Assembly: GCA_963769025.1 (NCBI GenBank)
Contig: CAVYKI010000003.1
Coordinates: forward strand, 896,001 to 960,000
DNA: 64,000 nt
Origin: an uncultured Verrucomicrobiae bacterium
GTDB taxonomy: Bacteria; Verrucomicrobiota; Verrucomicrobiia; Chthoniobacterales; Chthoniobacteraceae
Direction: 5' to 3'
Shown here one piece after another: positions 9,650-18,955 of the stretch. The notes under the pieces are model-generated. The model did no database searches. It was not told the origin of the DNA and saw nothing but the letters and a program-made list of their open reading frames with translations. Position 1 is the stretch's first letter, and every line of letters begins with the position of its first letter. Position numbers and translations under genes: made by a program.

Positions 9650-9885
9650 TGCCGGGTCTTAGAGCGAAGCATGGAGCTTTGCACAAGCGGCCCGAATAAC
9701 GCACGCCGAGCGCCGGGACTCCCTCGTACCAAATATAGAGGCACTCTCACTGCCGTTCCCCCCTAGTGGTATTGACGCTGCCGGCAATTCCGGCGGAGCG
9801 TTGAATTCCCTCGGGGGCGGACCCCACTTGATGGCATCCTTCAGTGGAGGGTCGTGCGTGGGTGCTCCTCGCTGTCCGGCGGGCG
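9650..9885 (+). ncRNA. Candidate structured non-coding RNA, rod-shaped with central bubble (6S RNA-like)
   Basis: Nested complementary segments found by eye (see finding); G-U pairs favour the + strand; boundaries approximate; no covariance search run. Confidence 0.4.
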
Positions 9886-9948
9886 CTTCGCAGTAACGCG
9901 GTTTGCCGTTTACTGTTTGATCATTACCGCGCCACGGCAAAGCCGAGA

Positions 9949-12051
9949 TCAGTTCACAAGGCGCAGCACGTGACCCGGGGTTTCGCCAGGGACGAGCTGC
10001 ACAAAGTTGCTGCGGCCTTTCCACTGATAGCGCTTTCCGGTGAGGAGGTCCTCCACTTCATACGCCTGACCCTCCTGCAACCCGAACTCTTCGAGCGGGA
10101 CGAGGACAGTCGTCTCCTCCGTGTACCACGCGTTCAGGCTCGCTATGATCAGCAAGTGATTGCCACCGGTGCTCTTCGAATAAGCCAGGACGAGTTCGTT
10201 GCCGGTCTGTTGGAATTGGAGATTCCGCGCATCGTGAAGCGCAGGGTTCTCCCGGCGGATCCGATTCAGCACCGTGATGAGCGGCTTGATATTCCCCGGC
10301 GCATTCCAGTCGCGGCCTTTGAACTGGTATTTCTCGCTGTCTAGATACTCCTCACGCGCGAGCTGCTTGTAGTCGCCGTCGCATAGTTCGAGAAATTTCC
10401 GCACGTCCCCTGCCGCATCCCACGGATTCGGCGCCACGCCGGCGTTTTCGCAAAGCTCGAATCCGCTGTAGATGCCGTACACCGGTGAGAGTGTCGCGGC
10501 GAGGATCGCTCGCACCATGAACGCGGGACGCCCGCCGAATTGCAGATAGCTCGGCAGAATGTCCGGCGTATTCGGCCACAGGTTCGCGCGCATGTATTCG
10601 GCCGACGGGCTGTGCGCGAGCTCATCAAAATACTCGGTGATGCCCCTCTTCGTGTTGCGCCACGTGAAGTACGTGTAGCTGTGCGTGAAGCCGACCTTCG
10701 CCAGCGCGCGCATCATCTTCGGCCGCGTGAAGGCCTCGCTCAGGAAAATCGCATCGGGGAATTTCCGCTGCACGCGGCCGATGAGATACTCCCAGAAGTG
10801 CACCGGCTTTGTGTGCGGATTATCCACGCGGAAGATGCGGACGCGGTGCTCGCACCAGAACTCGATGACGCCGGCGAGTTCCGACCACAGCTCCCGCCAG
10901 CCCGGGTTGTGGTAGTTCATCGGATAGACGTCCTGGTATTTCTTCGGCGGATTCTCGGCGTATTTGATCGTGCCGTCCGGGCGTTTGAAAAACCACTCGG
11001 GGTGCTCATGCACATACGGGTGATCCGGCGAGCAGTTGATGGCAAAATCGAGCGCGACTTCCATGCCCCGCGCGTGAATCTCGGCCACCAGCCAGTCGAA
11101 ATCATCGAGCGTGCCGAGTTCCGGCGCGACGTCCCTGTGCCCGCCGCCGTTCGGACAATCCTGATGGCGGTTCCCGATCGCATAGGGCACTCCGGGCTCA
11201 CCCGGTTGGCACGTCACCGAATTGTTCCGCCCCTTCCGCGCCGTGACTCCGACCGGATGGATCGGCGGGAAATAGATCACGTCGAATCCCATCGCGCGCG
11301 CGTCATCCACCCGGCCCAGACACTCGCGGAACGTCGAGCCCCGATCCGCATGCCCTTCGGCGCTACGCGGGAAAAATTCGTACCACGCGGAAAATCCGCC
11401 GCGCTCGCGGTCCACCCACACCCGGGGATGACGCAGATCGGGCTTCGCCGTTTCCGGGACGAGCTCCTGCGTCTCGGCGAAGGCCAGCACGAACTCCGTG
11501 CTCACCGACCGATCGCCGTACAGCCACATCAGCGTGTCGAGTTCGGAATCATGGACAAGGTCGTTCACGTGTTCCGACCCGGACTTTTTCATCTCCGTCG
11601 CGACACGGCGCAGCCAGTCGGCGTCCGCCTTGTTCTTCCGGAGATTCGCGAGCCGCGCCGCTTTCTCGATGATGCCGGCACCCTCGAGTGTCTCGCTCTG
11701 AAGGTCCGGCTGCCGCGCCTCGAGCTTCATGTGCCACTCGTGCTGCCAGGATTTCCAAGTGTCGCCCCACGCCTCGATGGTGAATTCGTGCGGTCCCATC
11801 TCCAGCACGGTGAAACTGCCTCCCCATTCATCCCGGTTAAAAGGATCCGTGCATTCCAACACGGCCTCGTGCCAGCGCTTCACGCCGACCTTCCGCCACT
11901 TCAGCACCGCGCTCATCACGTCGTGCCCGTCCTTGAAGACGTCCGCGGTTACCTCGACCGACTCACCCACCACCCGTTTGATCGGGTAGCGTCCGCCATC
12001 CACGAGGGGACTGACATTCTCGATCACAACGGTGCATGGCCTCGGTTTCAT
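9949..12051 (-). CDS. glgE: Alpha-1,4-glucan:maltose-1-phosphate maltosyltransferase
   Basis: WYEFFPRS, MGFDVIYFPPIHP, YAENPPKKYQD, FRVDNPHTKP, FLSEAFTRP, SYTYFTWRN; start MKPRPC at 12051. Confidence 0.96.
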   Translation of the reverse strand: MKPRPCTVVIENVSPLVDGGRYPIKRVVGESVEVTADVFKDGHDVMSAVLKWRKVGVKRWHEAVLECTDPFNRDEWGGSFTVLEMGPHEFTIEAWGDTWKSWQHEWHMKLEARQPDLQSETLEGAGIIEKAARLANLRKNKADADWLRRVATEMKKSGSEHVNDLVHDSELDTLMWLYGDRSVSTEFVLAFAETQELVPETAKPDLRHPRVWVDRERGGFSAWYEFFPRSAEGHADRGSTFRECLGRVDDARAMGFDVIYFPPIHPVGVTARKGRNNSVTCQPGEPGVPYAIGNRHQDCPNGGGHRDVAPELGTLDDFDWLVAEIHARGMEVALDFAINCSPDHPYVHEHPEWFFKRPDGTIKYAENPPKKYQDVYPMNYHNPGWRELWSELAGVIEFWCEHRVRIFRVDNPHTKPVHFWEYLIGRVQRKFPDAIFLSEAFTRPKMMRALAKVGFTHSYTYFTWRNTKRGITEYFDELAHSPSAEYMRANLWPNTPDILPSYLQFGGRPAFMVRAILAATLSPVYGIYSGFELCENAGVAPNPWDAAGDVRKFLELCDGDYKQLAREEYLDSEKYQFKGRDWNAPGNIKPLITVLNRIRRENPALHDARNLQFQQTGNELVLAYSKSTGGNHLLIIASLNAWYTEETTVLVPLEEFGLQEGQAYEVEDLLTGKRYQWKGRSNFVQLVPGETPGHVLRLVN

Positions 12052-12121
12052 CGGCGGAGGTTCCCAAAGCCGAGCCTCGCTGCTCAAGGGTAATCCGCGA
12101 CCGCATGCGCGCCCGAAAGCG

Positions 12122-13153
12122 TCACTCGACGATCACACCCGGCGGCGAATAGCCGATGCGCCGGCCCTTGCTCGTAATCTCGACCGCGTCGGCGTCCTTG
12201 AGCTCGATGAAGTAGCGCCCGGCGGGAAGCCGCAGCGGCTTCGCGGTCGGGTAAAGGTAGTCTTCGAACAGCGCCTGACCGCCTGGACCCGTGCGGATGA
12301 TCACCCACGTTTTGCGCTTCGACTCGAGAACGGTCGTGTTTGCATTTGCAGCGAGCGCGATCTCGTCCTCGTCGGTCGGAGGATTTGCAGCAGGAAGTGC
12401 GGCCCCAGGCGTGGCTCTCGACACGATGCGGGGCTTCGGAGGACTGAGGTCCGCCAGAATGTCGGAATCGTTCGCTGAGAGTTTCGCGACGGGGGAAATC
12501 GGCCGCGCGCGCGGAATCTCCGGCTCCACGGGAGCAACGGCTGCACCGTCATTTTCCGGCGTCGAGATGACACGCGGACGCGGAGGAGTCTCCTCGGGAG
12601 GCAGAACCGGTGCAGCGGGAGCCGGGGCCGGGGTCGCGGCGGGAATATTTGCGAGGGGTTCAACGGATGTCCCGGCCACGGCGCGATCCGCAGCCTTCGG
12701 CGGAGTCGGAGAGGGCCCTTCGCTGAGCCGGTTCACGTTGTTCCAGACGATGAAGGCGACCACGACAAAGACAACGATGCCTCCGAGGACGAGGAGAGGC
12801 AGCCAGGAACCCGACGATTTCGGCGGCGGCGCCGCGCTGAAAGTCAGCTCCGGTTCAGCCTTCGTCTTCGGCTGCTCGGCCGCCCGGTTTGTCAGGTACT
12901 GGTAGCCCTCGACTTTCATCTGCGTCGTCGTGTCGATCATCGCTGCGATGGATTTCAAATCCACGCCCAGAAATTTCCCGTACATGAGCAGGAAGCTTTT
13001 CGCGTAGGCCGCGTTCGGAAATTTCGTGAGATCGCTGCTCTCGAGCGCGCGGAGAAATGTCGAACGGATGCGGACTGCGGCCGCCGCCTGCTCGATGCTC
13101 AGGCCGCGGTCAGTGCGCGCCTTTTGCAGATGCTTTCCAAAATCGTGATCCAT
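12122..13153 (-). CDS. RodZ-like HTH membrane protein
   Basis: N-terminal HTH (FGKHLQKAR...IRSTFLRALE...YAKSFLLMYGKFLGVD), single TM, Pro-rich linker; directly downstream of ftsK. Confidence 0.8.
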   Translation of the reverse strand: MDHDFGKHLQKARTDRGLSIEQAAAAVRIRSTFLRALESSDLTKFPNAAYAKSFLLMYGKFLGVDLKSIAAMIDTTTQMKVEGYQYLTNRAAEQPKTKAEPELTFSAAPPPKSSGSWLPLLVLGGIVVFVVVAFIVWNNVNRLSEGPSPTPPKAADRAVAGTSVEPLANIPAATPAPAPAAPVLPPEETPPRPRVISTPENDGAAVAPVEPEIPRARPISPVAKLSANDSDILADLSPPKPRIVSRATPGAALPAANPPTDEDEIALAANANTTVLESKRKTWVIIRTGPGGQALFEDYLYPTAKPLRLPAGRYFIELKDADAVEITSKGRRIGYSPPGVIVE

Positions 13154-13155
13154 TT

Positions 13156-15741
13156 TCAGACGTCCGGCTGGCGGAGAATTTCACGCGGTTTCGCGCCATC
13201 GCCGGGACCGACATAGCCGCGGTCTTCGAGGATGTCGAGGATGCGCGCAGCGCGCGTATAGCCGAGTCGCAACCGGCGCTGGAAAAGCGACGTGCTCGCC
13301 TTTCCCTCCTGCTGCATCACTTCGAGGCATTTCTGGACGATCTCCTCGTCCTCGTCGCTGACATCGTCCTCCTCGTCAGTGTTGCCGATGGATTCGAGCT
13401 TTTGGTGAATCTCGGATTCAAAGCACTGCTCGCCCTGCTCGCTGACGAACTTGACGATGCGCTGGACCTCGTCGTCCGTGACGAGCACGCCCTGCGCGCG
13501 GACAAGTCGCGAGGTGCCCGGCGGGCGATACAGCAGATCGCCCATGCCGAGCAGCCGCTCCGCGCCGTTCTCATCCAGGATCACGCGCGAATCGAGCGGG
13601 CTTGCGACCTGGAATGCGATCCGGCATGGCACATTCGCCTTGATGACGCCGGTGATGACATCCGCGCGCGGGGTCTGCGTGGCGATGAGCATGTGGATGC
13701 CCGCGGCGCGCGCCTTCTGCGTGATGCGCGCGATGAGCAGCTCCACGTCCGCCGGCGCGGTCTGCATGAGGTCGGCCAGCTCGTCCACGATGATGACGAT
13801 GTAGGGCATCTTGTCCGGCACCACGATGCCGTCGTCGCGCGGGACGCTGATGCCGAGCTCGGCCTGCTCTGCGCGATTCAGCTCTTCGCCGACGGTTTCG
13901 CGGTCATTGTCCGGCGTGCCGTACTGCTCCGAATCGCCGTTCATCACCCGCTCCTCGCCGAATGCCTTTCCGAGGATGTCCGAGCTGCTGGCAGTGTCCG
14001 GCTCGATGTTCGGATCAATCAGCACAGGGGCCCTTTCCGGGGCCTCGGCGGCCTTTGCCTCCGCCTTGGCATCGGCGATCTCGTCGAGTTCCCGCTGCGA
14101 TTTCGGAATCGGGCGCGCGTTGAAGCTCGCCATGTTGCGCACCCCGCATTTGGCAAAAATCGCGTACCTCTTTTCCATTTCGTTCACCGCCCACTTCAGG
14201 GCGAGCAGCACCTTTTTCGGATCCGTGACGACGGGAACAACGAGATGCGGCAGCGTGTTGTACATCTGCATCTCGACGACCTTCGGGTCGATCATGATGA
14301 GCCGCAGATCCTCCGGCGAAAACCGGTAGAGGATGCTGGCGATGATCGAGTTGATGCACACGCTCTTGCCCGAGCCGGTGGTGCCGGCGACGAGCCCGTG
14401 CGGCATCGCGGCGAGGTCGGCGATGATCGGCTTGCCATACACGTCCTTGCCGAGCGCGAGCGGGATTTTTCCCTTCGAGTTATGAAAGTCGTCGCTCTCG
14501 AGCAGCTCGCGAAGCGTCACCATCTGCTTCCGGGAATTCGCAATCTCGATGCCGACGGTGTCCTTGCCGGGAATCGGCGCCAGGATGTTGATGCGTTCGG
14601 CCAGCGTCGCGCGCGCGATGTCGCGCTCGTAGGTGGCGATCTTGTCCACGCGGACGCCGCGCGCCGGATAGACTTCGTAGCGGGTGATCGTCGGCCCCTT
14701 CGTGATGTCGCCCGCAGTGACGACGATGCCGAATTCGCCGAGCGTCTCGATGATGCGGTTTTGCACCGAGAGCAGTTCCTCCGGGCTCGTCACCTGCCGC
14801 GTGGAGTGATCCACGGCGTCAAGCAGATCGAACTCCGGAAGCCGGTAATTCTCGCTGGAGATGGCCTGGAGAAGCTGGACCTTTTCCTTCTTCTTTTCCT
14901 TCTTCGCCGCAGCCGGCTGCGGTGCGCCTGCATCAAAAATCTTCGGTGCCGGCCGTTCGGGCTCCGGCTCCTGCGCGGCTTCCTTCTTCTCCTCAAGCGG
15001 AAGCAACTCCACCTGCTCCATCCTGGCCGGAGCGCCATCTTCGCCGGAGCGGCGACCGATGTCCCGCTCCATGCGCTTGCGCTCGCGGTCCAGCTTCCGC
15101 TGTTCGAGGGCAATGCGCTGTTCCTCGCCGGCCCGCTCGAGGTAACGCTTGCGCCGGGCGTCGAGCCACGTGCGGGGAAGGGCGACGAGATGGCGCGCGA
15201 CCGCGACCGGGCGCAGGCCGGTCATGAGGATGATGCAGACCACGTAAATCAGCAGCAGCACCAGGATCGCCGCAGGGCCGAAGATGGTCCCGAAGATTTT
15301 TCCGCCGATGAAATCGCCGATGAAGCCGCCTTCGCTGCCGATGTTCAGCTTCGCGCGATCGATGATCGACCAGCCGAGCACGTGCATCAGACTCGCTCCG
15401 CTGACGACAAAGCCTGCCGTCCACAGCGGCCGCAAGGCGATGCCCATCTGCCGGCCGATGGAGGTCACCACTCCGTATCCGATGAGCGACGCGGCGAGGA
15501 GATAGCTCGCCGCACCGAGCATGGTGTAGCTGAGGAAGGCCATGATGGCACCGAGCGAGCCCACGTAGTTTTGGGTCGCGTAGGCCGATTTTTCAACGCG
15601 TGCACTGCGCAGCCACGCCGGCACATCACCCGGCAAGTAGGAGATGAGGGCAAGCAGGAGGAGCACTCCGAGGACGAGGAGTGTCAGACCGATGATTTCT
15701 TGCAGCGTGCTGCTGAGTGGTTCGCGGCGGGTTTGCGCCAT
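13156..15741 (-). CDS. ftsK: DNA translocase FtsK/SpoIIIE
   Basis: 4-TM N-terminus, PHGLVAGTTGSGKS, MIDPKVVE, IVDELADLM, ARAAGIH, gamma domain STSLFQRRLRLGYTRAARI. Confidence 0.97.
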   Translation of the reverse strand: MAQTRREPLSSTLQEIIGLTLLVLGVLLLLALISYLPGDVPAWLRSARVEKSAYATQNYVGSLGAIMAFLSYTMLGAASYLLAASLIGYGVVTSIGRQMGIALRPLWTAGFVVSGASLMHVLGWSIIDRAKLNIGSEGGFIGDFIGGKIFGTIFGPAAILVLLLIYVVCIILMTGLRPVAVARHLVALPRTWLDARRKRYLERAGEEQRIALEQRKLDRERKRMERDIGRRSGEDGAPARMEQVELLPLEEKKEAAQEPEPERPAPKIFDAGAPQPAAAKKEKKKEKVQLLQAISSENYRLPEFDLLDAVDHSTRQVTSPEELLSVQNRIIETLGEFGIVVTAGDITKGPTITRYEVYPARGVRVDKIATYERDIARATLAERINILAPIPGKDTVGIEIANSRKQMVTLRELLESDDFHNSKGKIPLALGKDVYGKPIIADLAAMPHGLVAGTTGSGKSVCINSIIASILYRFSPEDLRLIMIDPKVVEMQMYNTLPHLVVPVVTDPKKVLLALKWAVNEMEKRYAIFAKCGVRNMASFNARPIPKSQRELDEIADAKAEAKAAEAPERAPVLIDPNIEPDTASSSDILGKAFGEERVMNGDSEQYGTPDNDRETVGEELNRAEQAELGISVPRDDGIVVPDKMPYIVIIVDELADLMQTAPADVELLIARITQKARAAGIHMLIATQTPRADVITGVIKANVPCRIAFQVASPLDSRVILDENGAERLLGMGDLLYRPPGTSRLVRAQGVLVTDDEVQRIVKFVSEQGEQCFESEIHQKLESIGNTDEEDDVSDEDEEIVQKCLEVMQQEGKASTSLFQRRLRLGYTRAARILDILEDRGYVGPGDGAKPREILRQPDV

Positions 15742-15858
15742 TTTCAGTTCGCAACCTTAACGGCTCCACGCCGCGTTTCAATGCGCGACATTCGCCACAG
15801 CATCCGGCCTTCGGACCGGAAAACCGGAGCCACAGCGGGGGCAGCGACCCGCGCAGCG

Positions 15859-16122
15859 TTACGAGCGCTTGCCAAGAATCTTCAGCGTCTCAGAGGTTTT
15901 CTCCATTTCCTCCAGCTTCAGAAGCGTGGCAGCCTGCTGCTCGATCAGCCTGGCGTTCGCGGCCTTGATGGCCTTCAGCATGTCGAGCGGCGGACCGTTC
16001 GGGATGGGCGCGATCGGGACGATTACCGGTGCCGGAGCGGGGGTCTCGTCCTGCGAATGAAGCCCGGTGCGGAACCCGATGAGCGCGGCGGCGATGAAGA
16101 GGAAAGCGGGGACGCGTTTCAT
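15859..16122 (-). CDS. Small secreted coiled-coil hypothetical protein
   Basis: Signal peptide, heptad pattern; ATGA overlap with upstream gene. Confidence 0.75.
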   Translation of the reverse strand: MKRVPAFLFIAAALIGFRTGLHSQDETPAPAPVIVPIAPIPNGPPLDMLKAIKAANARLIEQQAATLLKLEEMEKTSETLKILGKRS

Positions 16123-16373
16123 TTCTTGCCACCTCCCCGTGACACGTAAATGCGGGCGATGCGCAGATTTTCGGCGATGACGGCGACCTTCTGGTCAATC
16201 GCCTGCTGGTTTGCGGCGATTTTGGCATGCTGGCCGGCGATCTCCGTGACGAGCTGGACGAGGGCCTGTTCATCCCCGGCGGCCTGGCCCGAGGACGGGG
16301 AGGGAAAGGACAGCGCGCCGAGCACGACTGCCGCGAGGCCCCCGAGTAAAATGATGGGTTTGGGCTTTTTCAT
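16119..16373 (-). CDS. Small secreted coiled-coil hypothetical protein
   Basis: Signal peptide MKKPKPIILLGGL; heptad pattern. Confidence 0.75.
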   Translation of the reverse strand: MKKPKPIILLGGLAAVVLGALSFPSPSSGQAAGDEQALVQLVTEIAGQHAKIAANQQAIDQKVAVIAENLRIARIYVSRGGGKK

Positions 16374-16432
16374 TACCTCTGACCCTAGCGGGAACGGTGC
16401 CGGGATCCTCTATAATTAAAAAAAGTAGCGCC

Positions 16433-16449
16433 TTGGCATCCGCCTTGCT
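16433..16449 (+). promoter_or_regulatory. Sigma-54 -24/-12 motif upstream of rpoN
   Basis: TTGGCATCCGCCTTGCT: GG-N10-GC with TGGCA and TTGC cores. Confidence 0.75.
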
Positions 16450-16492
16450 AAACTCTATTTTGAGAAACTTAGGAACCCCAACTCCAACCAAC

Positions 16493-17893
16493 ATGGCCGG
16501 CCTCTCCCAACACCAATCGCTCAGTCAGTCCCAAGTCCTCGCACCGCAGCTCCAACAGAGCCTGCAAATCCTCCAGGTGCCGATGCTTGAGCTGCGCACC
16601 CTCATCCAGCAGGAACTCGACGGCAACCCGACGCTCGAAATGGAGGACCACGAGCCGAAGACAGACGAGAAAGTGCGCGAGGCGGAGGAGTTTGACGTGG
16701 AATTCGACCGGTTGTCGAAACTCGACGACGAGTGGCGCGACTACATGGCGCAGAGCACGAACTACGTCCGCCGCTCCACCGAGGACGACGAGCGCCGGCA
16801 GTTCTTCTTCGATTCGCTCACCAAGAACGAAACCCTTCAGGAGCATCTGCTCGATCAATTGCGCGGTTCCGATCTCTCCAAGGAGGATGTGCAGCTCGGC
16901 GAATTGCTCATCGGCAACACGAATGACACCGGTTTCCTCACCGTCGCGCCAGAGGAAATCGCGGCCAACACCGGCCTCGAAATCGCGGACCTCCAGCGGG
17001 TCCTCGAAACCATCCAGACATTTCACCCTGTCGGCGTCTGTGCGCGCGACCTCCGCGAATGCCTGCTCATCCAGCTCAAGCGCATCGGCAAGGAGGGCAG
17101 CCTCGAATGGCGCATCGTCTCGAATTACATCGAGGACCTCGGAAAAAAGCGGTTCCCTGAGATCGCCCGCCGCTGTGGCACGACCGTGGACTGCATCCAG
17201 CGCGCCGCGAGCTTCATCGCCACGCTCGACCCGAAGCCGGGCCAGATTTTTTCCGCGGACCCGAACAACTACGTGCTGCCCGATGTCACCGTGGAAAAGG
17301 TCAGCGGGGTCTGGCAGGTCCTGCTCAACGGCGACCAGATCCCGCACCTGCGCATCAGCAACACTTACAAGGACCTCATGGCGCAGACGGCGAACAAGGA
17401 GGACGTGCGCGACTACATCCGCGACAAGATCCGCAACGGCAAATTCCTCATCAAGAGCATCCATCAGCGCCAGCAGACGATTTCCAACATCGCGCACGAA
17501 ATCGTGAAGCGGCAGACGGAATTCCTCGAGCGCGGCCCGAGCGGGCTGAAGCCGATGACGATGGTGCAAATCGCGGACATCGTCGGCGTCCACGAGACCA
17601 CCGTGAGCCGCGCCATCTCCGGCAAATACATGTCCACGCCGCACGGCGTCTTCGAGATGAAGTATTTCTTCACCCCCGGCTACCAGACCGCCGGCGGCGA
17701 ATCCATGAGCAACACGAGCGTGAAGGGCGTGATCAGCGACATGGTGAAAAATGAGGACGGAAAGAATCCGCTCAGCGACAAGGAAATCGTGGACCTGCTT
17801 GAGAAGAAGGGCATCCCGATCGCCCGCCGCACCGTCGCGAAATACCGCAACGAGCTGAACATCCTCCCGAGCAACATGCGGAAGCGCTACTAG
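16493..17893 (+). CDS. rpoN: RNA polymerase sigma-54 factor
   Basis: Gln/Leu-rich region I (PQLQQSLQILQ), HETTVSRA HTH, RpoN box ARRTVAKYR. Confidence 0.98.
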   Translation: MAGLSQHQSLSQSQVLAPQLQQSLQILQVPMLELRTLIQQELDGNPTLEMEDHEPKTDEKVREAEEFDVEFDRLSKLDDEWRDYMAQSTNYVRRSTEDDERRQFFFDSLTKNETLQEHLLDQLRGSDLSKEDVQLGELLIGNTNDTGFLTVAPEEIAANTGLEIADLQRVLETIQTFHPVGVCARDLRECLLIQLKRIGKEGSLEWRIVSNYIEDLGKKRFPEIARRCGTTVDCIQRAASFIATLDPKPGQIFSADPNNYVLPDVTVEKVSGVWQVLLNGDQIPHLRISNTYKDLMAQTANKEDVRDYIRDKIRNGKFLIKSIHQRQQTISNIAHEIVKRQTEFLERGPSGLKPMTMVQIADIVGVHETTVSRAISGKYMSTPHGVFEMKYFFTPGYQTAGGESMSNTSVKGVISDMVKNEDGKNPLSDKEIVDLLEKKGIPIARRTVAKYRNELNILPSNMRKRY

Positions 17894-17914
17894 CCGCGGG
17901 CGCCTTCCTGCGGG

Positions 17915-18955
17915 TCACTTTTTCTCCCGCTCCACGACCCAGCGCGCCCAGTCGGGCGACTCGGTGATCTCCGCGACGGCACCAGGCATCCGCTGGATGC
18001 GGATGGCCGCCTTCCATTCCGCTGCGAGTTTCAGCGCTTCGCCCGGGCCGATCACGCTGCACGCCGTCGAGATTCCCGCCGTGAGCCCGTCCTTCGCGAT
18101 CACGCTCACGAGGCTGTGATCGGTCATCGGCTGCCCGGTCCGCGGATCGATGATGTGCGAGTAGCGGCGTCCGCCCGCCTCGAGTCGCTGGTTGCGATCT
18201 CCGCTCGTCGCGATGGCCGCATTCGCAATCTCGACGACCACCGGCGAAGGAGCCGCCGCCGCATCGTCGAGGTCGAGCCCGACGACTTCGATGCGCCAAC
18301 CCTTCCTCCCCGGCGGCGGATCGCCCGCTGAAATGTCACCGCTGCCCGCCACCATCGCGCGCGGGCAGCCCTCCTTGCGCAACACCTTCAGCGCCTCATC
18401 GCACGCGTAGCCCTTCGCGATCGAACCCACATCGAGCCGCATGTCGGGCGCGAGCAATTCCACCGTGCGCGCCCTTTCATCGAGCCGCATTTTTTTCCAG
18501 CCCACACGTGCCGTCATCTCGGCCACGAGGTCCGGCGCCGGCAATTCGTGTTTGCGCCGCGCCCGCCGCCACAGGCTCGTGAGCGGGCCGGAGGTCACGT
18601 CGAACGCGCCGTCTGTCCGAGCCGCGAGCGCCTGCGCCCGCGACAGCACCGCCCACAATTCATCACTCACCTTCACTGCCCGGCCCTGGCCCGAAGTCCG
18701 TGAGAGCAGTGTCAGTTCGCTTTCGTCCTCGTAGTCGCTGAAAATGCGGTTCAGCGCCGCGACACGCGCAAAGCCGGCCTCCGCCGCGCGCTTCGCCGTT
18801 TCCTCGTTCCCCGCATATAGCGTAATCCGGAACGGCACGCCCATCTCGGCCTTTTCAAAGGCGAACTTCTCCAGGGTCTGCTCCGCGCACCGCGCTGGCG
18901 GAGTGCCGAGGAACAGCGCAACCATCGCGCACCAAGTGAACGCCGCCCGGAGCAT
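17915..18955 (-). CDS. apbE: FAD:protein FMN transferase
   Basis: [46 protein letters not shown]; start overlaps the mutS stop codon. Confidence 0.9.
   Translation of the reverse strand: MLRAAFTWCAMVALFLGTPPARCAEQTLEKFAFEKAEMGVPFRITLYAGNEETAKRAAEAGFARVAALNRIFSDYEDESELTLLSRTSGQGRAVKVSDELWAVLSRAQALAARTDGAFDVTSGPLTSLWRRARRKHELPAPDLVAEMTARVGWKKMRLDERARTVELLAPDMRLDVGSIAKGYACDEALKVLRKEGCPRAMVAGSGDISAGDPPPGRKGWRIEVVGLDLDDAAAAPSPVVVEIANAAIATSGDRNQRLEAGGRRYSHIIDPRTGQPMTDHSLVSVIAKDGLTAGISTACSVIGPGEALKLAAEWKAAIRIQRMPGAVAEITESPDWARWVVEREKK

Noticed and set aside
9890..9945. c-di-GMP-I riboswitch (GGCAAACC and GCAAAGCC fragments)
   Set aside because: The two fragments lie on opposite strands and the GNRA hairpin / GGACGCAAAGC order is missing.
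13057..16149. 1030-aa plus-strand ORF, and similar long ORFs at 21653-24247, 34314-36581, 1908-3533 and 60479-62059
   Set aside because: Antisense shadows of recognisable genes in GC-rich DNA; no motifs of their own.
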